From: Candidatus Woesebacteria bacterium
GTDB taxonomy: Bacteria; Patescibacteriota; Microgenomatia; UBA8517
Assembly: GCA_016181165.1 (NCBI GenBank)
Contig: JACOZU010000005.1
Coordinates: 1-45,001, forward strand
Length of the DNA: 45,001 bases
Direction: 5' to 3'
Shown here: positions 8,162-16,019 of the stretch, one piece after another
Layout: every line of letters begins with the position of its first letter
How positions within the stretch are numbered: position 1 is the first letter of the stretch
Position numbers and translations under genes: made by a program
Notes under the pieces: model-generated
Database searches by the model: none
What the model was told of the DNA's origin: nothing
What the model saw: the letters and a program-made list of their open reading frames with translations, nothing else

Positions 8162-9156
8162 TGAAAAAGCTTTTCTTTCTTCTTTTGGTTTTGTTGACGT
8201 TTCTTACCGGTTGGTCTCTACATTCTTTTTTTAATCCCCGGCAAACCCCGGAAAGCCCCATTTCTCAATTAAAACCCAGGCCTCTTGATCAATACACCAT
8301 CGAAAATTTGGCAAAAGTTTCAATTCCGACAACCAAAATTGAAATCGGGGAGCGGCAAGAGGAAGAGAAAGAATTTAGTTCATATCTTTTTTCAATCAGT
8401 TTTGACCCAACTTTATCCGGCAGAGAAGAAAAAAAGGTAACCGGGCTAATTAATATTCCGGCAGGGGTAGGACCATTTCCTTTGGTTGTCATGTTTAGGG
8501 GCTACGCCGACCAAGAAATCTATAGAACGGGGTTAGGGACCCAAAAGGCGGCTGAATATTTCGCCAGAAACGGCTTTATCAGCCTTGCTCCTGATTTTTT
8601 GGGTTACGGTGGCTCGGATAGCGAGGCGGAAAACATTTTCGAATCGAGATTTCAAACTTATATCACCGCCCTGACACTCCTTGAATCTTTAGAAACAATT
8701 GAGGGCTGGGACAGCCAAAATGTTTTTATTTGGGGGCACTCCAACGGCGGGCAAATTGCGATGAGCCTTCTTGAGATTACCGGTAGAGCTATTCCGACGA
8801 CTCTTTGGGCGCCCGTTTCCAAACCTTTCCCTTATTCCGTTCTTTATTATACGGACGAGTCAGAAGACAGGGGAAAGCTCATTAGACGCGAACTTGCCGA
8901 CTTTGAACAAACCTATGATCCTGACCTTTACGCAATCGACCTTTATTACGAAAGGATAAAGGCGCCGCTGACGGTTCACCAGGGAACGAATGACGATGCC
9001 GTTCCCAGGCAGTGGTCCGACGAGCTAACCAAAAAGCTTAACGAACTTGAAATCGACTTTGATTACTTTGTCTACCCCGGCGCCGACCATAACTTAAATC
9101 CCGCCTGGAACACGGTTGTCGCTCGGGATTTGGCATTTTTTAATAAATACCTTTAA
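8161..9156 (+). CDS. secreted/anchored alpha/beta hydrolase (S9 peptidase / dienelactone-hydrolase-like)
   Basis: 331 aa with an N-terminal signal/anchor. Nucleophile elbow GHSNGG, then NDD and GADHNL complete a Ser-Asp-His triad. TAATG overlap with the upstream gene. Confidence 0.75.
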   Translation: MKKLFFLLLVLLTFLTGWSLHSFFNPRQTPESPISQLKPRPLDQYTIENLAKVSIPTTKIEIGERQEEEKEFSSYLFSISFDPTLSGREEKKVTGLINIPAGVGPFPLVVMFRGYADQEIYRTGLGTQKAAEYFARNGFISLAPDFLGYGGSDSEAENIFESRFQTYITALTLLESLETIEGWDSQNVFIWGHSNGGQIAMSLLEITGRAIPTTLWAPVSKPFPYSVLYYTDESEDRGKLIRRELADFEQTYDPDLYAIDLYYERIKAPLTVHQGTNDDAVPRQWSDELTKKLNELEIDFDYFVYPGADHNLNPAWNTVVARDLAFFNKYL

Positions 9157-9165
9157 AATCATGGT

Positions 9166-9591
9166 ATGCGCTGGACAGAACGAGATGAAGAACGAATGGA
9201 TTTTATTCTCGAACAAACTAGAAAAGGTAAAACTGCCGATGAAATCGACGAGCTTCGTGCCCGGCAATGGGAGCTCTCGGGGCGAGACCGGGGTATAAGG
9301 TCTGAACAAAGAGTCATCGAAGCCCTAGAACCTCTCGACTTCGTCATGGCCGTGGGAAAGGAGAAAGATGACAAAATGGGCAATGACCTCTGGGTATCCT
9401 TTGATCCTGATTCGGGGCACAGAGACATTCCCTTACAAGTCAAAAGTTCGTGGACTGGTTTTTTTGCCTTTCGCTCCCGCCAGGAAGAAGGAGAAAGAAG
9501 AATTATCATTAAGGTTGGGCCCGGAAGGTCTCCTACGGCTATTCGCAGAGTCTTTTTGGCCCAATTGAAATTCTTCGATGGGTTCATTTAA
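9166..9591 (+). CDS. hypothetical protein (weak PD-(D/E)xK-like D...QVK pattern)
   Basis: 141-aa ORF with balanced composition; the antisense 142-aa ORF is S/R-rich and looks like a shadow. GNDLWVSF...IPLQVKSS loosely resembles a nuclease motif, but this is not secure. Confidence 0.45.
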   Translation: MRWTERDEERMDFILEQTRKGKTADEIDELRARQWELSGRDRGIRSEQRVIEALEPLDFVMAVGKEKDDKMGNDLWVSFDPDSGHRDIPLQVKSSWTGFFAFRSRQEEGERRIIIKVGPGRSPTAIRRVFLAQLKFFDGFI

Positions 9592-9638
9592 TTCTTGGTC
9601 TTGACAAATCTCTTCTTGATAGCTCATTATTAGAATTG

Positions 9639-9977
9639 ATGAAATTAGTGATCAGGCTGGCGATTAACGTCTTCGCCCTTCTGGTGGTTGAGTATTTGGT
9701 TCCGGGATTTATTCTGTCTGATATCTCGGCCGCGATTGTCGCCGCCGTGGTCATCGGCGTCGTCAACACCTTTATTAGACCCATACTCCAGCTAATTGCT
9801 CTGCCTATTTCTATCGTTACTTTCGGCATCACGGCGTTTTTGATCAACGTCGCCCTTCTTTGGCTGACTTCCAAGTTCGTGCCCGGCTTTGAAATCGCCA
9901 CCTTTACCACCGCCATTATCGCCTCCGTTGTTTTGTCCCTTGTCTCCTGGTTTCTTCACAAACTTGCCTCGGAATAA
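9639..9977 (+). CDS. phage-holin-family-IV-like (YvlD-type) small membrane protein
   Basis: 112 aa from ATG 9639 with 3-4 TM helices. MKLVIRLAINVFALLVVEYLVPGF...VNTFIRPIL matches my memory of the PF04020 family pattern. Confidence 0.7.
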   Translation: MKLVIRLAINVFALLVVEYLVPGFILSDISAAIVAAVVIGVVNTFIRPILQLIALPISIVTFGITAFLINVALLWLTSKFVPGFEIATFTTAIIASVVLSLVSWFLHKLASE

Positions 9978-10001
9978 ATAAGGCGGTAGACTTAATTTGG
10001 A

Positions 10002-10685
10002 TTGAAAAAATTCTTCAATATCGGTCTTTCGGCTTTTGCGGTAGTCTTTGCCGTTCCCTCCTTTCTCATTTTAGTTTCCTGGAATGCCCTGCCGGGGGAT
10101 ACCCTTTACGGACTCAAAACGGGCCTCGAAGATATCGCCCTCATTTTAACCATTAGAACCCCCCTGGCTTCGGCTTTTTCTTTAAACTTCACCGAAAGAA
10201 GATTTGCCGAGGCAAATAAACTTCTGGCCAAAAAAGGCTCCACCGTGGGTTATACGCTTTTGGTTGCCGGAGCCAGGGAAACCCAAACCATCATTGTCGA
10301 CCAGAAAGACACTCAAAAGGCCGAGGAACTGATTGCCAACATCGAGGTGTACCAAGCCAGAATTGAAGAAAAGAAACTGGCAATTGCTACTCAACCGACG
10401 GCCATCCTTCCGCCTCAGCAGCCACCGGCAACCGCGCTCCCCACTCCGACCCAAACGGCCCAGCTTGACACGCTAACTCCAGCGACAGCCGTCCAGGTAA
10501 CGGCGCCCATTGCCTCCCCGCCGCCCGCCCCTTCAACCGAGGCCATCATTGAAGACCTTGAAACGGCAAACCAGGAACTGGAAGAAATAAAAGAAGAGAT
10601 AAAAAAACAGCTGCCGCCTTCGGCCTCGGAAAGAGCCAGGAAGGAAAAGGAAGAACACGAAAAGGACAACCCACGCCAGGATTAA
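10002..10685 (+). CDS. membrane-anchored DUF5667-like protein with Pro/Thr/Ala-rich linker
   Basis: TTG start, N-terminal TM helix. ALPGDTLYGLKTGLEDI is the typical start of a DUF5667 domain. Low-complexity PQQPPATALPTPTQTAQ region and a charged tail. Confidence 0.6.
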   Translation: MKKFFNIGLSAFAVVFAVPSFLILVSWNALPGDTLYGLKTGLEDIALILTIRTPLASAFSLNFTERRFAEANKLLAKKGSTVGYTLLVAGARETQTIIVDQKDTQKAEELIANIEVYQARIEEKKLAIATQPTAILPPQQPPATALPTPTQTAQLDTLTPATAVQVTAPIASPPPAPSTEAIIEDLETANQELEEIKEEIKKQLPPSASERARKEKEEHEKDNPRQD

Positions 10686-10708
10686 CCCTAAGCTAGGCTG
10701 GAAAATCA

Positions 10709-10724
10709 CCTTCCCTTAAGAAGG
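10709..10724. terminator. weak bidirectional hairpin between convergent genes
   Basis: CCTTC (10709-10713) / GAAGG (10720-10724) with a 6-nt loop, flanked by a short A/T run on each side. Short stem, hence low confidence. Confidence 0.3.
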
Positions 10725-10728
10725 AAAA

Positions 10729-10986
10729 TTAACGAGGTACTAGAGGACGAGCCTCATTGACATTAATCTTTCGACCTTTAAGGTCCATTCCGTTAACTTT
10801 TTCGACGGCAGCTTTTGCCTCTTTCTCCGTACTCATCTCAACAAAGCCAAAGCCTCGTGAACGACCGGTCATTTTATCGCTAATAACAACAGCATCAACG
10901 ACTGTCCCTGCCTGAGAGAACGCTTCTTTTAAGTCGTCTCCCGTAACGGTATATTCTAGATTTCCTACAAAAAGTTTTGTAGCCAT
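10729..10986 (-). CDS. RRM-type RNA-binding protein
   Basis: 85 aa with RNP-2 (KLFVGNL) and RNP-1 (RGFGFVEM) motifs. A strong AGGAGG Shine-Dalgarno lies 7-8 nt upstream of the ATG. Confidence 0.9.
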   Translation of the reverse strand: MATKLFVGNLEYTVTGDDLKEAFSQAGTVVDAVVISDKMTGRSRGFGFVEMSTEKEAKAAVEKVNGMDLKGRKINVNEARPLVPR

Positions 10987-11109
10987 ATTTTTTTCCTCCT
11001 TTCTTGGCGGTAATCCGCAGTTATTCGCCTATCTAAGATTGTTTCCCGATTGTATTCGGCAAGGAGACCATAAAAGAGGTACTCACTGACCTAATAGAAG
11101 GCACTTGTA

Positions 11110-11138
11110 AGTATAGAGATAATATTTGCAAATTACAA
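11110..11138 (-). promoter_or_regulatory. candidate promoter for the RRM gene (TTGTAA-17 nt-TATACT on the minus strand)
   Basis: Reverse complement of 11133-11138 is TTGTAA and of 11110-11115 is TATACT, with a 17-nt spacer. This would give a 5-prime UTR of about 115 nt. Confidence 0.4.
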
Positions 11139-11329
11139 TCAAGTCTCTAAAATAAAGGTATGAAAAGTTTCATTAAAAAGAAAGTAGGCACGAATTTGGG
11201 CTTTAGGACCCCGGATTTTGTCAAGGGAAGCAAATTTAGCAACAAAGGCTTCCAAGGGAAGTTCACGCGGTCTTCCGCGGTTATTCTTCCCTCGCAGTTT
11301 AAAACCCAGCACAAAGGTGGCGGCTCATA

Positions 11330-12208
11330 ATGGCCAAAAAAGCGCTCCACATCTCATCCGCCCTGGCAAAAACCCAAGACGGGGGGATTCAAATAACCTT
11401 TACCATTCCTTTTGAACTCGTCTCGGTTGCCCGCGGAGAGGCCCTTACGGAGTATGCCAAGGAGATCGAAGTCCCGGGGTTTAGGAAAGGCAAAGCCCCT
11501 CTTGAGAAAGTCAGAGAAAGGGTTCCGGCCGGCTCCTTAATTGAACATACCTTAAGTCATCTTCTACCCAAGGCTTTGGCCGAGATCATAAATAAGGAAC
11601 GAATTAGGCCGGCAATTTATCCCAAATTCGAGCTAATTAAGGCCGAGGAAGGAGAGGCTTGGGAAGTAAGAGCCGTTACCTGCGAAGTACCGATAGTTAA
11701 CCTGGGAGATTATAAAAGGATTATTTCGGGAGCGCTTAGAGCCAAGTCCATCTGGACGCCGGGAAAAGGAGAAAAGCCCAAAGAGCCTTCAAAGGAAGAA
11801 AAAGAGCAGGAAATAATTCATGCCCTTCTTGAAAGCGTTAAGGTTGAAATTCCCAAGCTTTTAATCGATGAAGAAGTCAACGCCAGGCTTTCCAACTTAC
11901 TCGAAAAAATCGAAAGACTGGGGCTGACCCTTGACGGTTATCTGGCTTCGGTAGGCAAAACCACGGATTCCCTAAGGGGGGAATACGAAATCCAGGCGAA
12001 AAACACAATTGCCTTGGATTTAATTTTAACCACCATCGCCCGGGAGGAAAAAATAGACACCAAAGAGACGGAGGTGGATGCGGCCATCACCGCCGCCAGT
12101 GGCGACCCGAAGGTCGCGGAAAGGCTCAATACTCCGGAACAAAGAAGGCTAGTCAGGGGCGTTCTCGCTAGACGGGCCGCGCTTGACTTGCTTTCGGCCC
12201 TGTTGTAA
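11330..12208 (+). CDS. tig: trigger factor lacking the PPIase domain
   Basis: 292 aa. The ribosome-binding signature GFRKGKAP sits in the N-domain, and C-domain-like helices (EIPKLLIDEEV...LDLILTTIAREEKI) follow directly. No FKBP-like segment lies between them. Confidence 0.85.
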   Translation: MAKKALHISSALAKTQDGGIQITFTIPFELVSVARGEALTEYAKEIEVPGFRKGKAPLEKVRERVPAGSLIEHTLSHLLPKALAEIINKERIRPAIYPKFELIKAEEGEAWEVRAVTCEVPIVNLGDYKRIISGALRAKSIWTPGKGEKPKEPSKEEKEQEIIHALLESVKVEIPKLLIDEEVNARLSNLLEKIERLGLTLDGYLASVGKTTDSLRGEYEIQAKNTIALDLILTTIAREEKIDTKETEVDAAITAASGDPKVAERLNTPEQRRLVRGVLARRAALDLLSALL

Positions 12209-12263
12209 CATTTCGCTATCCGCGCTTGACTTGCTTTCGGCCCTGTTGTAACATTTCGCTATC
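12178..12263 (+). repeat. perfect 43-bp tandem duplication (2 copies) spanning the tig stop codon
   Basis: CGCGCTTGACTTGCTTTCGGCCCTGTTGTAACATTTCGCTATC occurs at 12178-12220 and again at 12221-12263 with no mismatch. Each copy contains TTGACT-17 nt-TAACAT. Confidence 0.95.
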
Positions 12264-12275
12264 AAATGGCAGGCC

Positions 12276-12908
12276 ATGGATAAAGGACAAAAAACAAAGG
12301 CTCAAAAAGTTCTTCGCCAGCAAAATGTCTTGGAATCCCTGAAAGACATCGGCGCGGGAACCACCAAAACACTCAAAAAGGATCTTTTGGCTGAGAGCTC
12401 CCAGGATTTTTTTCGGGAAATACTTGGCACCCGGATAGAGAAGAAATACTCGGGGGAGCTTGCTCCTGGTGAGGCTCTGGAAATTGGTGAGGTTTTCTCG
12501 GGAAAAAGGGAAGGGGACGAAAAACTAAAGGGGCAACTTGCGCTTGAGCGAAACCTGGCCCAGGAAGAAATAAGAAGGGTTGAGGAAAAAGGCAATCAGC
12601 TGAAGCTGCAGCTTCAGGCTCTGATGCAGGAAGTATATGAGCTGGCTCGCTCCACCCAGAATTTGGGAGATGAGGTCGAAGTTGCCACCATGCAGGCTCC
12701 GGCAAATCCCGGGGTTTACCACCTAATTTTCTTTGAAAAACTTTTGGAATTCGTTAAGTCTTTCAGGAAAAAGATTGAGAATGCGGAACTCTGGCTTCAC
12801 TCCTCAAATAAAAGGGCTGAGAAGAAAAACTATTGGGCGATGTACAAGAAAAAGGGCAGCTCCTTCCTTTTGGCTCCAGACCATTACCTTCAGCGCTCGG
12901 CTGGTTAA
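12276..12908 (+). CDS. hypothetical coiled-coil protein
   Basis: 210-aa ORF with a charged, heptad-like central region (EEIRRVEEKGNQLKLQLQALMQEVYELA). No family recognised. Confidence 0.55.
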   Translation: MDKGQKTKAQKVLRQQNVLESLKDIGAGTTKTLKKDLLAESSQDFFREILGTRIEKKYSGELAPGEALEIGEVFSGKREGDEKLKGQLALERNLAQEEIRRVEEKGNQLKLQLQALMQEVYELARSTQNLGDEVEVATMQAPANPGVYHLIFFEKLLEFVKSFRKKIENAELWLHSSNKRAEKKNYWAMYKKKGSSFLLAPDHYLQRSAG

Positions 12909-12925
12909 AGCCGGCCTCAATAATG

Positions 12926-12931
12926 TATAAT
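12926..12931 (+). promoter_or_regulatory. -10 box (TATAAT) upstream of the tRNA pair
   Basis: TATAAT at 12926-12931, 12 nt before tRNA-Val. The -35 element (TTAAAG) is weak. Confidence 0.35.
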
Positions 12932-12942
12932 ATCGATTGCAC

Positions 12943-13019
12943 GATCGGTTAGCTCAGTTGGTTAGAGCGCGTCGTTGACATAGACGAGGTCGCAGGTTCG
13001 AGTCCTGCACCGATCACCA
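12943..13019 (+). tRNA. tRNA-Val (anticodon GAC) with encoded CCA
   Basis: Manual fold. Acceptor GATCGGT/ACCGATC. D-arm GCTC-AGTTGGTTA-GAGC. Anticodon loop TTGACAT (one 31-39 mismatch in the stem). T-arm GCAGG-TTCGAGT-CCTGC. A73 followed by CCA. Confidence 0.85.
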
Positions 13020-13022
13020 CGG

Positions 13023-13093
13023 GGGCCCGTGGTATACCGGTAACACACGTCTATGGCATAGACGGGTAGGGGGTTCGATTCCCCCCGGGTCCA
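13023..13093 (+). tRNA. tRNA-Ala (anticodon GGC), no encoded CCA
   Basis: Manual fold. Acceptor GGGCCCG/CGGGTCC contains the G3:U70 alanine identity pair. Anticodon stem CGTCT/AGACG with loop ATGGCAT. T-arm GGGGG-TTCGATT-CCCCC and A73. The D-stem has one A-C mismatch and the variable loop is only 4 nt. Confidence 0.65.
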
Positions 13094-13339
13094 CTCGTTA
13101 AATATCTCGTCCCAATCCTTATCCTCTCTTCCCTCAAAAAAATCTAGTGGTATAATGGTTTATTGTACACGGATTCATCGCTTGGTAAATTAATCGAGAC
13201 TTTCTTCCAAAGGGGCGGGCGGATTGATAAATATTATCTCCGGGATATCAATCGAGGCAAGCGCACCCTGGTTTATTTGCACGGCTGGTTTTCCGGCCAA
13301 AACATCAGGGCGGCGATAATGAAAGCCTTCGGAAAAGTG

Positions 13340-13345
13340 TAGAAT
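13340..13345 (+). promoter_or_regulatory. -10 box (TAGAAT) 5 nt upstream of the ATG (leaderless-type)
   Basis: TAGAAT at 13340-13345 and ATG at 13351, with no Shine-Dalgarno between them. Confidence 0.35.
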
Positions 13346-13350
13346 AGACG

Positions 13351-14022
13351 ATGTTCAAACTTTCCCCTTCGGACTTTAAATATTTATATGAGGATTGTAA
13401 GCATTGCTATTACCAGAAAGTTAAGAATGGCATAATCCTTCCTTCCATCGGTATGCCGGGAGTTTTTTCCAAAATGAACTCCCTTCTGCAAAACGCCATT
13501 ATTGGAATGGATTTGAGGGAAATTAACTCCGCCCTCCCAGCCGGGAAAATCGAAGTTAAGGAAGGTTTTTTGAAATCTAAGCCTATCCCTCCTGCCAAAG
13601 ATTGCTATATCTCGGGCAGGTTTGATATCGCGTCGCAACTTAACGACGGAACTTATGCTGTTATTGATTTCAAAATTACGGACCCGACGGAGGATAAAAT
13701 CCAAAAGTTTTTCCATCAGCTCCATGCATATAAATTTGCATTGGAAAATCCTTCTTGGGGCGAGCCGAAAAAGGTAAGCAGGATGGGAATAATCGCCATT
13801 AATCCGGAGGAAATAACCTTCCCGGGGGAAAATGTTAAATTTAGCGCAAAGCCGCAGTGGTTTCCCATAGAAGAAGACATGCAGAGATTTTATGCCTTTA
13901 TCGGGGAAGTCTCTAAACTCCTTGGCGGCCCGCCTCCTGAGCCTGACTCCGACTGCGCCTGGTGCAAATACAGACTTTGTTTTGCCAAGCCCGAAGAGGA
14001 GCAAGAAAAAATCCCCTTTTAG
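13351..14022 (+). CDS. Cas4-like PD-(D/E)xK nuclease with Fe-S-type cysteines
   Basis: 223 aa. N-terminal CKHC and C-terminal CAWCKYRLC cysteine clusters. GRFDI...AVIDFKIT is a D...DxK nuclease core, and HQLHAYKF is a QxxxY motif. No CRISPR array or cas genes in the window. Confidence 0.7.
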   Translation: MFKLSPSDFKYLYEDCKHCYYQKVKNGIILPSIGMPGVFSKMNSLLQNAIIGMDLREINSALPAGKIEVKEGFLKSKPIPPAKDCYISGRFDIASQLNDGTYAVIDFKITDPTEDKIQKFFHQLHAYKFALENPSWGEPKKVSRMGIIAINPEEITFPGENVKFSAKPQWFPIEEDMQRFYAFIGEVSKLLGGPPPEPDSDCAWCKYRLCFAKPEEEQEKIPF

Positions 14023-14023
14023 A

Positions 14024-14353
14024 ATGGATTTAAAAAGTTTAAAATGCGTTGCCTGTCGCGGCGGAGAACCAACCCTTAAGGGAGGGGAATTGGCCAAATA
14101 TAAAGATTCTGTCGATCCTTCTTGGAAGCTTTATGCCAGGGACACAAAAATAAAAAGGGAGTTTGAGTTTAAGAATTTTAAGGAGGCTTTGGAATTTGTT
14201 AATAAGGTAGGGGAGCTGGCAGAAGCCGAAGGCCACCACCCCAACATTTACCTCCACTCTTATAAGAAAGTGGGAGTTGAGCTATGGACCCATAAAATCG
14301 GCGGGCTTCATCAAAACGACTTTATTCTTGCTTCCAAAATAGACTTGCTCTGA
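14024..14353 (+). CDS. pterin-4a-carbinolamine dehydratase (PCD/DCoH)
   Basis: 109 aa from ATG 14024, 1 nt after the upstream stop. EAEGHHPNI...V.LWTHKIGGL is the PCD signature. The longer track ORF (13892) overlaps the upstream gene and is unlikely. Confidence 0.85.
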   Translation: MDLKSLKCVACRGGEPTLKGGELAKYKDSVDPSWKLYARDTKIKREFEFKNFKEALEFVNKVGELAEAEGHHPNIYLHSYKKVGVELWTHKIGGLHQNDFILASKIDLL

Positions 14354-14356
14354 CAA

Positions 14357-14857
14357 GTGAAATCTTTTCTTAAATACTTTCTTTTGGCAGTCCTCTTTTC
14401 GATACTCGCCGCAACTATCTGGGGAGCCTCATATCGGGCCGGGAAAGTTCTAAGTCTGGCCTCCGCCCCTACGCCATCGCCTACGCCCTCGCCATCACCA
14501 ACACCTAGTCCCACCCCGTCTCCGACTCCCAAGCCCTCTCCGACACCTCCCCTGCCGCCTCCCGTTTCTCCCCAGGAAATACACGCTTTTATAGAAAGAT
14601 TTGCCGGCCAATACGCAGTCGACCCCAATGTCCTAAGACACATTGCCGTTTGCGAATCGGGTTTTAATCCGCTGGCCCAAAAAGCGGGCTACGCCGGACT
14701 ATATCAATTCGGACAAATTACCTGGAAAAATTTCAGACTCCAGATAGGGGAGGACCCTGCTTCTTCTTTAAGACTCAATGCCGAAGAGGCGGTCCAGACC
14801 GCCGCTTTTGCCCTTTCCCAAGGCAAAACCTCAATTTGGCCAAACTGCGCACCTTAA
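14357..14857 (+). CDS. secreted SLT-domain lytic transglycosylase with PT-rich linker
   Basis: GTG start and N-terminal hydrophobic anchor. PTPSPTPSPSPTPSPTPSPTPKPSPTPP linker. C-terminal VCESGFNP...YAGLYQF is the SLT catalytic Glu-Ser and GLxQ-type motif. Confidence 0.75.
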   Translation: MKSFLKYFLLAVLFSILAATIWGASYRAGKVLSLASAPTPSPTPSPSPTPSPTPSPTPKPSPTPPLPPPVSPQEIHAFIERFAGQYAVDPNVLRHIAVCESGFNPLAQKAGYAGLYQFGQITWKNFRLQIGEDPASSLRLNAEEAVQTAAFALSQGKTSIWPNCAP

Positions 14858-14884
14858 AACAGTGAGGGATACCCACCTCGTTCG

Positions 14885-14893
14885 TGGTAGAAT
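14885..14893 (+). promoter_or_regulatory. extended -10 promoter (TGgTAGAAT)
   Basis: TGG TAGAAT at 14885-14893, 18 nt before ATG 14912. It shares flanking sequence with the promoter at 15660. Confidence 0.45.
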
Positions 14894-14911
14894 ACGCCCA
14901 ATTTATTTGAA

Positions 14912-15607
14912 ATGTCCGAATATCTCAAACGGTTCGGTTTGGAGCTTATCAAAAGCTACGGTTGGCAGGAAATTCTGGAGTCGGGCGAGCCCATTGACAG
15001 AAAAACCCTATCAGAATTTTTGATTCGGGCTAACGAGTTTCTGACTACCGAGCCGGGTCCGCATCTGGCCCAAAGAAGAGAGTATTCGACCGACTGGCTA
15101 AAGTGGTGGATAGAATATATCAAAGTAGCCGGAACAGACAGAAGGCCCGCTCTGCTTTTGCCCATAAATCGGATTCGAAGATCTGTTGACCCGGGCAACC
15201 CCTCGGGCGTCCTTTTTGCCGGGGGACTCGAGGGCCATCGGGGCCACCGCTGGGCGGTTGATCGGATGCTTTCTTTCGTCAAGCCAATTCTTTTATTCGA
15301 GCAAGACGAATACCTGGCCGGAAAGGAGAGACAGGCCTCCTTTCTACCTTTAGAAGTCAGGCTTTCGATGTGGAGCCACTATCGCCCGGATTTGATGATA
15401 AGCGTCTTACCCCAAAGAAATCCAGCCGTCACCGAAAGTGAGCACTATAAAGCACTTTTTGAGGCAACGGGGGCTGATTATTGCTTTGCTACCGACGGCG
15501 ACCAATTCGCGGAGCAAAAAATGGCAAGAGGTAAACCCGCAAGTTTCACCCTTATACCCTACATTAACACGGAACCCACAACTTTCAGAGTCCAAAAACT
15601 TTTCTAG
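14912..15607 (+). CDS. hypothetical protein
   Basis: 231-aa ORF with ordinary composition. GGLEGHRGH looks superficially like an HxGH nucleotidyltransferase motif, but the spacing is off by one residue, so no function is assigned. Confidence 0.55.
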   Translation: MSEYLKRFGLELIKSYGWQEILESGEPIDRKTLSEFLIRANEFLTTEPGPHLAQRREYSTDWLKWWIEYIKVAGTDRRPALLLPINRIRRSVDPGNPSGVLFAGGLEGHRGHRWAVDRMLSFVKPILLFEQDEYLAGKERQASFLPLEVRLSMWSHYRPDLMISVLPQRNPAVTESEHYKALFEATGADYCFATDGDQFAEQKMARGKPASFTLIPYINTEPTTFRVQKLF

Positions 15608-15659
15608 CTCCTCTTTTTAGTACGAATAACCCATTCAGAAATGGGAATAACCCACTTCG

Positions 15660-15668
15660 TGGTAAAAT
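15660..15668 (+). promoter_or_regulatory. extended -10 promoter (TGgTAAAAT), leaderless-type
   Basis: TGG TAAAAT at 15660-15668 with ATG at 15676 (7 nt gap, no SD). TAAAATAGGCCA is identical to the module at 16006-16017. Confidence 0.45.
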
Positions 15669-15675
15669 AGGCCAA

Positions 15676-15990
15676 ATGAATATGGTTCTCCTTTTTCTGG
15701 CGTGCGCTGATGACGAAGAAGCAGAAAAAATATCTCAATCACTTTTGAAAAAACGTCTAATCGTTTGTGCAAAGAAAACGCCCGTTTCTTCGGCCTTCTT
15801 TTGGAAAAGGAAGATAGACAAAGCCAACGAAGTTTTGTTGGTTATGGAAACAATAGAAGAAAATTTTGAAGAAATTGAAAAAGAAGTTCGAAAAATCCAT
15901 TCTTACGAAACCTTTGTTCTTTCTGCCATTCCGGTGGTCAAATACTCCAAAGGTGTTGCCGAGTGGCTCAAAGAAGGCCTCAAGAAATAA
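15676..15990 (+). CDS. cutA: divalent-cation tolerance protein CutA
   Basis: 104 aa. LACADDEEAEKISQSLLKKRLIVCA...FFWKRKI...HSYETFVLSAIPV follows the CutA1 family pattern. Confidence 0.8.
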   Translation: MNMVLLFLACADDEEAEKISQSLLKKRLIVCAKKTPVSSAFFWKRKIDKANEVLLVMETIEENFEEIEKEVRKIHSYETFVLSAIPVVKYSKGVAEWLKEGLKK

Positions 15991-16002
15991 TTTTCCGAAT
16001 GG

Positions 16003-16011
16003 TGCTAAAAT
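16003..16011 (+). promoter_or_regulatory. extended -10 promoter (TGcTAAAAT), leaderless-type
   Basis: TGC TAAAAT at 16003-16011 with ATG at 16020 (8 nt gap, no SD). Confidence 0.45.
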
Positions 16012-16019
16012 AGGCCAGG

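Noticed and set aside
9159-9587. 142-aa minus-strand ORF, an almost exact mirror of the plus-strand 141-aa ORF
   Set aside because: Its translation is S/R/P-rich and of low complexity, while the plus-strand product has balanced composition and a start-proximal TAAAAT box. I kept the plus-strand call at modest confidence.
11147-11350. 67-aa minus-strand ORF in the rbp-tig intergenic region
   Set aside because: It overlaps the tig start, has no SD or promoter geometry, and has odd composition. The region is better explained as the 5-prime UTR and promoter space of the two divergent genes.
13160-13345. Short frame encoding ...RIDKYYLRDINRGKRTLVYLHGWFSGQNIRAAIMKAFGKV-stop, reminiscent of the N-terminus of an alpha/beta hydrolase (LVYLHGW)
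   Set aside because: It is only about 55 codons, has no ATG, and rests on a single short motif. It may be a gene remnant, but the evidence is too thin to call a pseudogene.
13384-14097. 237-aa ORF on the minus strand, longer than either plus-strand gene it covers
   Set aside because: It lies antisense to the Cas4-like nuclease and the pterin dehydratase, both of which have clear family motifs. Its translation is R/F/L/K-rich with no motif, so it is a typical shadow ORF.
14461-14575. Short periodic DNA repeats (CCNACNCC-type) that at first glance resemble a tandem repeat or mini-array
   Set aside because: They are imperfect, lie in frame inside a CDS and encode a Pro/Thr/Ser linker. There is no repeat-spacer architecture, so this is not CRISPR and not a noncoding satellite.
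14311-14643. 110-aa minus-strand ORF with glycine-rich GVGDGVGLGVGDGEGVGDG repeats
   Set aside because: It is the mirror image of the PT-rich linker (PSPTPSPTP...) of the plus-strand SLT-domain protein. The plus-strand ORF has a signal anchor and a catalytic domain; the minus-strand one has neither.
14912-15607. Possible cytidylyltransferase-type HxGH motif (GGLEGHRGH) in the 231-aa hypothetical protein
   Set aside because: The spacing is one residue short of the G-x-F-D-x-x-H-x-G-H pattern, and no second (ISSTxxR-like) motif was found. The functional call was dropped.
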